In this document: positions 36,922 through 45,758 of the stretch, in pieces
Numbering within the stretch: position 1 is the first letter of the stretch
Layout of the letters: every line of letters starts with the position of its first letter
Notes under the pieces: generated by a model
Database searches by the model: none
Seen by the model: the letters and a program-made list of their open reading frames with translations, nothing else
Told to the model about the DNA's origin: nothing
From: an uncultured Nitrososphaerota archaeon
GTDB lineage: Archaea; Thermoproteota; Nitrososphaeria; Nitrososphaerales; Gagatemarchaeaceae
Direction of reading: 5' to 3'
Length of the DNA stretch: 64,000 nucleotides
Assembly (NCBI GenBank): GCA_963703285.1
Contig: OY969807.1
Location: forward strand, 320,001 to 384,000
Position numbers and translations under genes: made by a program

Positions 36922-37633
36922 TCTCTCTCAGGGCTAGGATTGGGGAGTCGGCGTCCACGACGGACCTCCCCACGATGGCGAAGTCAGCGCCTGCATCCAG
37001 CAGGGCCCTGTCGGCGCTCCCTCCCTGAGCCCCCACTCCCGGACTCAGGATGAGCTGGTCGCTCCTCAGGATGGCCCTCACCTCGCGGATTATCGACGGC
37101 GACTTGGCGGAGACCACCGCACCGTCGGCGTCCCAGTCCCTGACGCGCCTCGCGAACTCCAGGTAGAGCGGCTTTCCGTCCACGACCAACCCGTAACCCT
37201 CCCTCGCACCAGCGTGGCTCATGTAGACGAGGAGGATCACCCCCTTCCCCTGCGCCCTGGACCTCGAGATCACCCTTGAGAGCCCCTCCTCGGCCCCCAC
37301 GAAGGGGTTCGCGATGACCGCGTCTATCCCGCTCGAGTAGAGCAGGTCCACGGTCTCGAGGTTCGTCGACTCTATGTCGTTCAGCTTGATGTCGGCTATC
37401 ACGGGGAGTCCCTTGCTGAAGGTAACCCCGAAGACCTCCCGGAGGCCCTCGAGCCCCCCGGGGAGGAGGATGTGGAATTGGACCTTCACGGCTGCGATCT
37501 CGTCCCCGACCTGTCGGAGGAGTTCTGCCGCCCTCGCAGCCCTCGTCTCCGGAGGCCCCTTCAGGTCGAGGCCGAGGACGATGCGGCTGGAGTGCCTTTT
37601 CGATGATGAGAGTAGGCTCTCCCGAAATCCCAC
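36896..37633 (-). CDS. pyrF: Orotidine-5'-phosphate decarboxylase
   Basis: LGLD, DIKLNDI..T, PGVGAQGG, IVGRS motifs. Confidence 0.93.
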   Translation of the reverse strand: MGFRESLLSSSKRHSSRIVLGLDLKGPPETRAARAAELLRQVGDEIAAVKVQFHILLPGGLEGLREVFGVTFSKGLPVIADIKLNDIESTNLETVDLLYSSGIDAVIANPFVGAEEGLSRVISRSRAQGKGVILLVYMSHAGAREGYGLVVDGKPLYLEFARRVRDWDADGAVVSAKSPSIIREVRAILRSDQLILSPGVGAQGGSADRALLDAGADFAIVGRSVVDADSPILALREINLALTAA

Positions 37634-38316
37634 TAGAACTCCACCAGCGGGTGTTTCTCCGCCAGCTTGATCACCTTGACGTAGTAGAACCCGTGCTCGT
37701 CGGTCCGCTTGCTGAAGCCCGTCTCGGCGACGTTGGTGGGGGAGTACTTTACGAACCCCGTGGTGGGCTCGTCCTTCATCTTGGTGTAGAAGAACAGCGA
37801 GGCCTCCTCGTAGTCATCGAGCCTTGCGAAGGACCCCACAATCCAGCTCGTCCCGACCTTGAAGGAGTAGAGGGGAAGTGGCGGCTCCTCATAGAGCATC
37901 TTGTATGTGGCTAGCTTCACCAGGGACGCCAGGTCCCCGACCTCGGCCGCAAGAAACTTCTGGTGGAACTCCCTCTTGTGCTCCAGAATGCTGGGCATCT
38001 TGAGGACGTGGATCACGGGGGAGTAGATGTAGGAAGGGGTCGAGGCGGAATCGACCAGCTGCACTTCCTCGGTCTCACCTGCGTTCCTGTAGGCGAGAAA
38101 CTCGCCGCCCTTCTCGGCCTCCGCGTAGTAGAAGATGGGCACGCCCATGAAGAGGTCATTCTGCACCGAGAGCCTCGTCGCCCCCCCGTGCTTGGACATG
38201 AAGATGGGCAGCTGAGCCCTCTCAAGCGCGCACGCAAGCCTTCCAAGCTCCAGGAGCCCGCCAAGCCTCACAAAGCATCCCCCGATTATCCTCCGGGTAA
38301 CCTTCTTGGCTGGCAA
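37633..38316 (-). CDS. Conserved-looking hypothetical protein
   Basis: Internally duplicated pattern (..L..L.RLA / DL.SL.KLA), host codon usage, coupled to pyrF. Confidence 0.7.
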   Translation of the reverse strand: MPAKKVTRRIIGGCFVRLGGLLELGRLACALERAQLPIFMSKHGGATRLSVQNDLFMGVPIFYYAEAEKGGEFLAYRNAGETEEVQLVDSASTPSYIYSPVIHVLKMPSILEHKREFHQKFLAAEVGDLASLVKLATYKMLYEEPPLPLYSFKVGTSWIVGSFARLDDYEEASLFFYTKMKDEPTTGFVKYSPTNVAETGFSKRTDEHGFYYVKVIKLAEKHPLVEF

Positions 38317-38397
38317 CCTGTCCGCCCGTCTGTTGTGGGATTTAATAATGTTCTGACCCGAAAACGAAAAAGCAGGCCGCGCACGGACCCGGAGACC

Positions 38398-38823
38398 ATG
38401 ACCCGGCCGACCCCTCCCCGATTCGAGGACGTCTCCCTCGAGGTCGAGGCCCTCGTCCAGGCGCTGTCGAACGCCACCTCCATCGCAGGTCCTGCCCCGC
38501 CCGTCGAAGCCGACCTATGGAGAATCTACGCGCGGAGCGAGGTGGCGGTCGCCAGGCTGAAGTACCGCCTCGGAGTTGAGCGGCCAGGCGCCTTCTCCAC
38601 GCTTCCTCGGCCCGAACTTCCAGCAGAACTCCTTCCCGAGGCGCTGGCCGACATGAGGAAGGCCGCCTCGCTGATGCGCTCGGGTGAACCCGACGCCGCC
38701 CTCGGGTCGCTCAGGAGCGCCAGGACCTCTCTTCGGGCGTACCTTGCAGAAATCGAGCGTGTCAGGAGGAGGGAGAAGCGGAAGGCTGCTGCTTCGCGGA
38801 GGCCTTCTTCGTCCTCTTCTTAG
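38398..38823 (+). CDS. Hypothetical helical protein
   Basis: ATG 38398 downstream of TTTAATAA; 3' part of ORF 37963-38823. Confidence 0.6.
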   Translation: MTRPTPPRFEDVSLEVEALVQALSNATSIAGPAPPVEADLWRIYARSEVAVARLKYRLGVERPGAFSTLPRPELPAELLPEALADMRKAASLMRSGEPDAALGSLRSARTSLRAYLAEIERVRRREKRKAAASRRPSSSSS

Positions 38824-39295
38824 TCTCCTTGGGCGCGGGTTTCTCCTCCTCTGCGGGAGGTTCGGGGGCGGGCTCAGGGGCAGGCGCCTCCGCAGGCGCG
38901 GGCAGAGCTGGCTCTACCACGGGCGGGACTAGCTCCTTCGCAGGTGCCGCTTCCTCCTCGGCCGGGGCCTCTTCTTCGGGCTCCTCCTTCTTCGCGGCCT
39001 CCTCTCTCTCCTCCTTCTTCTTCCTCTCCTCCTTTTCGGCCTCCGAAGGCTCGAGTTCGAGGAGCCTCAGTTCCTTACCTTCGACCAGCACCCTGTAGTT
39101 CTTCCTTTCGCCCTTCTTCCAGAGGAACCTCTTCACGTACGTCTTCACGTGCCGCGTCCTCACGGTCTTCTTCATCGAATCGTCATCCACCGTGAGCTCC
39201 CCACCGCTCACCTGCAACTTGGCACCGACCCTCGGCTCAAGGAACTCGGCCAACTCGTCGCCGTTGTCCTTGAAGGTGCCCAGAATTATCTTCAT
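38762..39295 (-). CDS. Ribosomal protein eL22-like with a charged/Pro-rich tail
   Basis: 'ELAEFLE.R...VRTRHVKTYVKRFLWKKGERKNYRVL' resembles the eL22 core; TTATAA about 28 nt upstream of ATG 39295. Confidence 0.6.
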   Translation of the reverse strand: MKIILGTFKDNGDELAEFLEPRVGAKLQVSGGELTVDDDSMKKTVRTRHVKTYVKRFLWKKGERKNYRVLVEGKELRLLELEPSEAEKEERKKKEEREEAAKKEEPEEEAPAEEEAAPAKELVPPVVEPALPAPAEAPAPEPAPEPPAEEEKPAPKETKKRTKKASAKQQPSASPSS

Positions 39296-39330
39296 TTCCC
39301 CGACCTCTTCGGGTGTGGCATTATAACGGT

Positions 39331-40092
39331 TTAGGACGGGGCGCCCGCCGAAGGCTCCTTCTCTGTGCGGGGCGACCCGAGTCGGGGGGTCTGCGGCGGA
39401 CCCCCCTCCCTGAGCGGCCCTCCTCCGGAGTCCTGCTTTCTCAGCCTGACGTAGAGCGTCGAGAGCGCGAAACAGCAGGCCCCCAGCAACATGAGGTTCT
39501 CGTTGGTCAGCCACGTCACTCCCATCCTGTTCAGCTCGTCCGAGAACCCGACGTAGAACCAGTGATTGTCATCGAAAAATAGGATCGCCCCGAGGGCGAT
39601 GGGAGCGACCGAGACCGCCCTTAGGGAAAGAATGAAGGAGCGGGACGAGGCGAGGAACGAGGCGAAGACGAAGGCGAACATGGCGAACCAGATGTCGTCG
39701 AAGGTGTTCACGTTCTGCGTGACGCGGGGACCTGGCCAGGTTTGGGGCCAGGCGCACGGCGATGTGAACGTCCCGCAGACGTGGATGCTCCCGTAGGTGA
39801 TGAACTGGGCGAGGTAGAACATGGAGGCCGCCGGGGCTATCAGGAGCTGTATGGGGAGGGGCGTCCCTGGCTGGATGCCGTAGGAGTTTATCGACGTAGA
39901 CTGTGTTATGCCGTAGGATACGGCGCACACGATCAGCCATGAATAAGCGGCGATCGAGACGTAACGGAGGACCCGGTGATGAGCCTGAAGGAACCCCGAC
40001 AGGCGTGGTCTGAGCTTCGCCTTTGGGCTTGCGGCCCGAGCGTCGGGACCGGGAGCGCTCCCAACTATCTGGGGTGTCAACCTCAGGTGCAA
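39331..40092 (-). CDS. Hypothetical membrane protein
   Basis: Several hydrophobic segments; start uncertain. Confidence 0.55.
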   Translation of the reverse strand: MHLRLTPQIVGSAPGPDARAASPKAKLRPRLSGFLQAHHRVLRYVSIAAYSWLIVCAVSYGITQSTSINSYGIQPGTPLPIQLLIAPAASMFYLAQFITYGSIHVCGTFTSPCAWPQTWPGPRVTQNVNTFDDIWFAMFAFVFASFLASSRSFILSLRAVSVAPIALGAILFFDDNHWFYVGFSDELNRMGVTWLTNENLMLLGACCFALSTLYVRLRKQDSGGGPLREGGPPQTPRLGSPRTEKEPSAGAPS

Positions 40093-40188
40093 TCTCGGGC
40101 GTCCGGGTTATACCCGCTCTGGAATAATCTTAGGGTTCGCCGCTTCGCAGGACGGGAACGGAGTTCTCCCGCCGGCGGCGCCGGAGCT

Positions 40189-40944
40189 TCATTCCTTGGT
40201 TCCGACGGTGCGCCGCTTTCCCATGGCCATCATCCTCGTCACCATCTTCCCGTGCTTCGCCTCGTCCATGTCAATCCATTCCAGGAGAAGCCGAGCCACG
40301 GGATGGTCTACCGTGACGCTCTCCCTTAGGTTCGCCTCCCTCGCCGAATCCTCGAGCGCGAGCATGCTCTTGAGGAGGTCTTCTCCGGGTATCTCGAATC
40401 CCCTCCCCTTCTCCGTCTCGAGCCAGGAGAGCACCTGGGAAACTATGTCGGAGTGCCTTATGCTGTCAGACGCTATCAGGCGTAACAGGAGCTTCGTGTG
40501 GTCGTCGGTGGTCTTGTTCGCCAGCTCGAGGTAGTTCTCCGCAGCACCCAGCTCGAGCTGTAGCCTCTCCCTCAGCAGCTCCAGCGACTTGTGCCTCCCC
40601 GGGTCCTCAGACTCGCTCGAGACGATCCTCCTGCCCTCGTTCATGACCATCACCTGGCGGGCCGTCTCCAGGAGCTCCACGGCTCTTATTCCTCCGGCCC
40701 CCGAGCGGACGAGCCTCGCCGCTTTGTCGGAGAGTGGGCCTATGAGGTGGTCGATGCTCTCGACCGAGAGGAGGTTCGCGCCCCTCTTGTGCTTGAGGTA
40801 CTGGGTCACCGCCGCGGGGGTCACGTTGAGCGCGAGCGCAATCTCCCGGACCTGGAACCCCTGGCTTGCGAGCCTCGCGGCGACGGCCGCACGGATTATT
40901 GGTATCAACCTCTCCTCGCTCTTGAATCGGGAAGGGGTGGTCAT
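40189..40944 (-). CDS. HTH transcription regulator fused to a ferritin-like domain
   Basis: EIALALNVTPAAVTQYL..KRG HTH; C-terminal E..A...Y / D..RH / DE.KH diiron-type motifs. Confidence 0.8.
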   Translation of the reverse strand: MTTPSRFKSEERLIPIIRAAVAARLASQGFQVREIALALNVTPAAVTQYLKHKRGANLLSVESIDHLIGPLSDKAARLVRSGAGGIRAVELLETARQVMVMNEGRRIVSSESEDPGRHKSLELLRERLQLELGAAENYLELANKTTDDHTKLLLRLIASDSIRHSDIVSQVLSWLETEKGRGFEIPGEDLLKSMLALEDSAREANLRESVTVDHPVARLLLEWIDMDEAKHGKMVTRMMAMGKRRTVGTKE

Positions 40945-40973
40945 CGGGTTCGCCGGATGTCCCCAGGTCGAGC

Positions 40974-41007
40974 CTGTTAATAACAGTGTTAATGGAAAAG
41001 GTTAACA
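40974..41007. promoter_or_regulatory. Candidate operator palindromes between the regulator and the ZIP gene
   Basis: CTGTTA-A-TAACAG (40974-40986) and TGTTAA-N9-TTAACA (40987-41007) in an AT-rich divergent intergenic region. Confidence 0.55.
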
Positions 41008-41046
41008 TCGTTGCCATTAAATATTACATATGTTATGGCCGGCCCG

Positions 41047-41796
41047 ATGGTCGACTTCGTGGAGGCCGTGGCCCTCTCCGCCGTCATGGGCTTCTCGATA
41101 TTCATCTCTCTCCCCATCGTCCTCCGGATGCGTACAAGCAGCATATTGAACAAGCTCCTCCTCGCCGCCGCCATAGGGATACTGATCTTCCTGATGGGAG
41201 ACGTCTGGGGAGACTCCGCCGCGATAATGTTCAACGGCTCTCTGTACGGCTACGGGACCTCTCCCTACTTCGACTTGATCTTCACGGGCGCCCTCTGCTT
41301 CGGTTTCCTGGCGCTCTACTACGGCGAGAACAGGAGGAGGTCGGGGCTCTCACCCTCGCAGACGGGGCTCATCATCGCCCTTGGAATCGGATTCCAGAAC
41401 CTGACCGAGGGGCTGATATTCGGAGCCCTCGCGGCCTCGTTCGGGCTCTCTGGGGTCGCCCTCGTCGTCCTGTTCGGTTTCGTCCTGCAGAACATCACGG
41501 AGGGTTTCCCGATAGCGTCCCCCTTCCTCGGCCTTTCGGACAAGAAGCCCTGGGCGATGGCCTCTCTCTTCTTCGTGGGCGGAGTACCGACCGTCCTGGG
41601 AGGCGCCTTCGGCTTCTTCTATAGCTCCGGCGCCTTCGAGGTCTTCTTCGGGGGTCTCGCCATAGGTGCCATACTCTACGCAGTCCTGCCCATGCTGAAG
41701 TCGATGTTCAGGGACTCCGAGCACGCCGCCCAGAGGGTGACATACCTGGGCATATTCCTCGGCTTCCTCGTCGGCTTCCTGGTGAACCTGATCTGA
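41047..41796 (+). CDS. ZIP-family metal transporter
   Basis: GIGFQNLTEGL..G and LQNITEGF.I motifs (Q at the usual H position). Confidence 0.85.
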   Translation: MVDFVEAVALSAVMGFSIFISLPIVLRMRTSSILNKLLLAAAIGILIFLMGDVWGDSAAIMFNGSLYGYGTSPYFDLIFTGALCFGFLALYYGENRRRSGLSPSQTGLIIALGIGFQNLTEGLIFGALAASFGLSGVALVVLFGFVLQNITEGFPIASPFLGLSDKKPWAMASLFFVGGVPTVLGGAFGFFYSSGAFEVFFGGLAIGAILYAVLPMLKSMFRDSEHAAQRVTYLGIFLGFLVGFLVNLI

Positions 41797-41799
41797 CTG

Positions 41800-41874
41800 C
41801 TAACTTCCCGTCCTCCGCTTTCTCTTCTGGTAGGTCCTTATTGCGCGCAAGAGGTCTATCTTGCGGAAAGAGGG
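41800..41874 (-). pseudogene. Displaced duplicate of the uppS 3' end
   Basis: Translates PSFRKIDLLRAIRTYQKRKRRTGS* versus uppS PAFRKIDLLRAIRTYQKRKRRLGR*. Confidence 0.93.
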
Positions 41875-41889
41875 TCGAGTAGAGATTCA

Positions 41890-42022
41890 ATGAACATGAG
41901 TGTTCATAAGACCTAGGAAAGGAAATCCCTTGAGATAGAGGCCTTGGCCAAGCGAGGAGTAAAGGACTTTTCTCAGTGGGAACGCGCTTGGATTGGCGAA
42001 CTTGTCGCTGTTCAGGCGTTGA
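41890..42022 (+). pseudogene. Remnant ORF convergent on uppS, possibly a PD-(D/E)xK nuclease N-terminus
   Basis: MNMSVHKT*ERKSLEIEALAKRGVKDFSQWERAWIGELVAVQAL; internal TAG at 41914; 'GE..A...L' helix. Confidence 0.4.
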
Positions 42023-42814
42023 TCATCTACCTAGTCTTCGTTTCCGCTTTTGGTAGGTACGTATTGCGCGTAACAAATCAATTTTTCTAAACGCCGGCCA
42101 GTAGACGTCCATGAAGATTAGCTCGCTGTAGGCTCCCTGCCAGAGGAGGAACCCGCTCATCCTCTCCTCCCCCGAGGTGCGTATTATCAGGTCGGGCTCG
42201 GGGTTGGGCAGGTGGGATGTGTAGAGCCTACCGGCTATGGTGTCCTCTCCGATCCTCGAGGGGTCGAGCGTCCCATTCTTCACGTCCTCTGCTATCGACC
42301 TGACGACGTCCGTAATCTCGGCCCTCCCGCCGTAGGCTATGGCTATGTTCAGGAAGTGCCCGTCGTAGGCTGCGGTCCTCTCCTCCACCTCTCTCAGGAT
42401 GTCGAGGAGCGACTTGGGCAGGACGTCGAACTTGCCGATCCCCTTGACCCTCACCCTGTACTTGTAGATTCGTTCGTCCGTAAGCAGCTTCTGGAGCCTC
42501 TCCTCGATCAGCCTGAAGAGCTCCTGCACCTCCTCCGAGGTCCTCTGCAGGTTCTCGGTCGAGAGCACGTAGAGCGTTATCGATTTGATGCCGATCTCGT
42601 GGCACCAGTCGAGGAGCTTCTCGACGACGTCGGCCCCGTAGGCGTGCCCCGCGTCCACGGAGTACCTGCGGTCCTGCGCCCACCTCCTGTTGCCGTCGAG
42701 GATTATCCCGACGTGCCCCGGAATCGGGCCGTCCTCGACCTGCCAGCTCAGCCTGTTCTCGTAGAACCTGTACGCCCCGGTCGCCCTAAGCAGCCCGTCA
42801 AGCACTCGTGTCAC
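42023..42814 (-). CDS. uppS: cis-Polyprenyl diphosphate synthase
   Basis: HVGIILDGNRRWA, STEN..R, YGGR.EI, IIRTSGEER.SGFLLWQ..YSE motifs. Confidence 0.95.
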   Translation of the reverse strand: MTRVLDGLLRATGAYRFYENRLSWQVEDGPIPGHVGIILDGNRRWAQDRRYSVDAGHAYGADVVEKLLDWCHEIGIKSITLYVLSTENLQRTSEEVQELFRLIEERLQKLLTDERIYKYRVRVKGIGKFDVLPKSLLDILREVEERTAAYDGHFLNIAIAYGGRAEITDVVRSIAEDVKNGTLDPSRIGEDTIAGRLYTSHLPNPEPDLIIRTSGEERMSGFLLWQGAYSELIFMDVYWPAFRKIDLLRAIRTYQKRKRRLGR

Positions 42815-43931
42815 TCCTGAGCATCGGGTTCCTGCTCCTTATGCGGCCGTAGAGCGCGGTCAGGACGGCGAAGGCGACCGCGAGCGTCAGGAGGACGTAC
42901 GAGATGAGCAGGACCGAGCTGTTGGCCCCGCCGGTCAGGACTACCGCGAACTGGTCGACGGGCAGGTAGAGCAGGCCGAGCAGGACTATGAGGACGCCGT
43001 CCCGCCAGACCCTCCTCGACCCCCTCGCCAGGTGGGCGAGCAGCGCCCCGATGAGGTAGACCGCGTAGGCGGCCCAGACGAGGGGGATTGCCCCCTCCAT
43101 GTACCATCCCACGAGCGTCGGTCCGACGATGAGGAACTTCGCCGGGTCGGCCACCACCTGGGCGATGCCGCCCGCGTCGTTCGAGCTCATGTAGGAGTAC
43201 CCAGCCGAGAGCCCCACCAGGAAGATCAGCGTGCCAGCCACGGCCGAGAAGATCCTGAGGTAGCCGTACGGTCTCTGGCTGAGCATCGCGGCGACCGAGC
43301 GGTCCACGCCGAACCCCCTGACGAAGAACGTCGAGCCGAGTATCAGAAGGATCGCTATTCCCGCCTCGTAGGCGCGCCCGAACAGGACCAGGACGCCCGC
43401 AAAGAGGAAGATGACCCCCGGGACTCCGATTACCCACTTGGAGTATCGCTCGTCGAAGACTAGCATCCTGAGGTACCTACCCAGGACCATGTAGGTCTCC
43501 TCAACCGTCCTGCTGTGCTTGACCGCGATCCTGACCACCGAGGCGACGGGCTTCATCGACTGTATTATCGGAAGTACCTGCTCGTCCTCGGCGCCGTCGG
43601 TGACCAGGACTATCCCCGAGAACTGCCCCTTGCTTAGGATGTTCTCTATCTCCCTCTTGATCTTCCTGTCGGCGTCGACGCCGTTGTCCGGGACGCCGCA
43701 CACGATCCCTATCTCGCAGCCCTCGCCCATCGACTGGAGCCTGTCGTACTCCCTCACCGCTGCGAAGAAGGAGTTGGCGTCGGCCTCCTCCGGGTCGGAG
43801 ATGGCGAGCTGCGTGGCGGCGGCGAGGACCTGCTCCCTCCCGAAGACGGGGGTGCGGACCCTCGTCTTGCTTTCTAGGTCTCCATCCCGGTCGACCGCGA
43901 GTATGAGCAGCCTGTCCCCCTGCGCGGACAT
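42798..43931 (-). CDS. DUF373-family membrane protein
   Basis: VDRDGDL, DPEEADAN, DGAEDE..LPIIQS motifs. Confidence 0.88.
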   Translation of the reverse strand: MSAQGDRLLILAVDRDGDLESKTRVRTPVFGREQVLAAATQLAISDPEEADANSFFAAVREYDRLQSMGEGCEIGIVCGVPDNGVDADRKIKREIENILSKGQFSGIVLVTDGAEDEQVLPIIQSMKPVASVVRIAVKHSRTVEETYMVLGRYLRMLVFDERYSKWVIGVPGVIFLFAGVLVLFGRAYEAGIAILLILGSTFFVRGFGVDRSVAAMLSQRPYGYLRIFSAVAGTLIFLVGLSAGYSYMSSNDAGGIAQVVADPAKFLIVGPTLVGWYMEGAIPLVWAAYAVYLIGALLAHLARGSRRVWRDGVLIVLLGLLYLPVDQFAVVLTGGANSSVLLISYVLLTLAVAFAVLTALYGRIRSRNPMLRSDTSA

Positions 43932-44054
43932 CTCTGTTCCAAGTTTGGGGCGCCTAGATACTTAAGCGCTCCCTCAATGACCGACGACGAAGGGCGAGCG
44001 CGCGTCGCGCAACGTACATAAGAGGGAGCGGCGTAATCGCCCGCCCAGACGGGA

Positions 44055-45758
44055 TTGCAAGTTTCACGACCCTGGTTCGGATCCTGGCCGAAGCATCTCC
44101 CCCGCGACGTGGGCGTCGACCCGCAGCCTCTCTACAAGCTCCTCGAAGACCCTGCGCGCCGTTCGCCGGGCAGGACGTGCTTGGTGTTCCAGGGCCGGTC
44201 CCTGACCTACGGCGAGGTCGACGGGATCGCCTCGCGCCTGGCTTCGGGACTGGTCTCGCTCGGCCTCAAGAGGGGTGACCGCGTCGCCCTATTCATGCCC
44301 AACATGCCGCAGTTCGTAATGTCCTACTTCGGCGCGCTGAAGGCTGGCGGGATTGTCGTCCCGTGCAGCCCGATGTACAAGGAGAAGGAGCTCGAGTATC
44401 AGCTCCGCGACTCGGGCGCCTCTATCCTCGTCGCCGCGAACGACATCGTCGGCGGGAACGACCTCTTCGCCAGCGTCGAGAAGTGCAGGTCCAGGCTCGA
44501 GCTCAGGTCCCTGGTGACGGCCAGCGTCACCGACTACATCCCCTCCTTCAAGAGGCCGTTCGCAGGGCTGAAGGGGGTCAAGAACGTCGAGAGGTCGGGG
44601 ACCATCGCGTTCACGGACCTCGTGGGGAAGAGCGAACCCATTGAACGATCGACCGAGGTCGACCCCGTCAGGGACGTCGCCGTGCTCCAGTACACGGGGG
44701 GCACGACCGGAGTCTCGAAGGGGGCGATGCTGTCGCACGCCAATCTCTACATAAACGCCTTCCAGACAGCGGTCGTCCTCCCCCTGAGGGAGAGCGACGT
44801 AGCCCTCGCGGTCCTGCCGTTCTTCCACATCTACGGCATGACCACGGCGATGAACGCCCCGCTCAGCGTGGGGTGCTCGATAGTCGCGCTCCCCCGCTTC
44901 GACGTGGAGGACGTGATGAAGACCATCGAGAAGTACAAGGTCACCAGCTTCTGCGGTGTCCCGACTATGTACATCGCGGTGATCAACCACGCCAAGGTCT
45001 CGCGGTTCAACCTGAGGACCGTCCGTTCCTGCATATCCGGAGGCGCGGCCCTGCCCGTCGCCGTGAGGAAGCGCTTCATAGAGCTGACGGGGAGCGCGCT
45101 GGTGGAGGGATACGGTCTGACGGAGGCGAGCCCCGTCACACACGTCAACCCCACAGGCGAGGGGGCGACGGTGAAGGACGGCTCGATAGGGATACCCGTC
45201 TCGGGGACCGACGCCGGGGTGGTCTCGTTGGAGGACCCCTCCAAGTTCGTCGGCGTCGGGGAGGAGGGGGAGCTGGTCGTGAAGGGCCCGCAGGTGATGC
45301 TGGGCTACTGGAACAGGAAGGACGAGACGGACACCGTGATAAGGGGAGGCTGGCTACTCACCGGGGACATCGCCAGGATGGACGAGCAGGGTTTCTTCTT
45401 CATCGTGGACAGGAAGAAGGACATGATCGACGTGGGCGGTTTCAAGGTCTGGCCCCGCGAGGTCGAAGAGGTGCTCTTCACCCACCCGGGGGTAAGGGAG
45501 GCCGCCGCCGTGGGAGTCCCGGACGACTACAGGGGCGAGGCCGTCAGGGCTTACGTCGTGCTGAGGCCCGAGAGCAAGGGGAAGGTCTCCGAGAGGGAGA
45601 TAATCGACTTCTGCCGGGAGCGCATAGCGACCTTCAAGGCCCCCCGTTCCGTGGTCTTCGTCGACGAGCTTCCCAAGACGCTGGTGGGCAAGGTGCTGCG
45701 GAGGAAGCTCCGGGACAGGTCCGACTGGCTGAAGGATACCGCTAGCCCACCTGTATGA
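44055..45758 (+). CDS. Long-chain fatty acid--CoA ligase
   Basis: YTGGTTGVSKG, EGYGLTE, TGD, DRKKD, LPKT.VGK motifs. Confidence 0.92.
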   Translation: MQVSRPWFGSWPKHLPRDVGVDPQPLYKLLEDPARRSPGRTCLVFQGRSLTYGEVDGIASRLASGLVSLGLKRGDRVALFMPNMPQFVMSYFGALKAGGIVVPCSPMYKEKELEYQLRDSGASILVAANDIVGGNDLFASVEKCRSRLELRSLVTASVTDYIPSFKRPFAGLKGVKNVERSGTIAFTDLVGKSEPIERSTEVDPVRDVAVLQYTGGTTGVSKGAMLSHANLYINAFQTAVVLPLRESDVALAVLPFFHIYGMTTAMNAPLSVGCSIVALPRFDVEDVMKTIEKYKVTSFCGVPTMYIAVINHAKVSRFNLRTVRSCISGGAALPVAVRKRFIELTGSALVEGYGLTEASPVTHVNPTGEGATVKDGSIGIPVSGTDAGVVSLEDPSKFVGVGEEGELVVKGPQVMLGYWNRKDETDTVIRGGWLLTGDIARMDEQGFFFIVDRKKDMIDVGGFKVWPREVEEVLFTHPGVREAAAVGVPDDYRGEAVRAYVVLRPESKGKVSEREIIDFCRERIATFKAPRSVVFVDELPKTLVGKVLRRKLRDRSDWLKDTASPPV

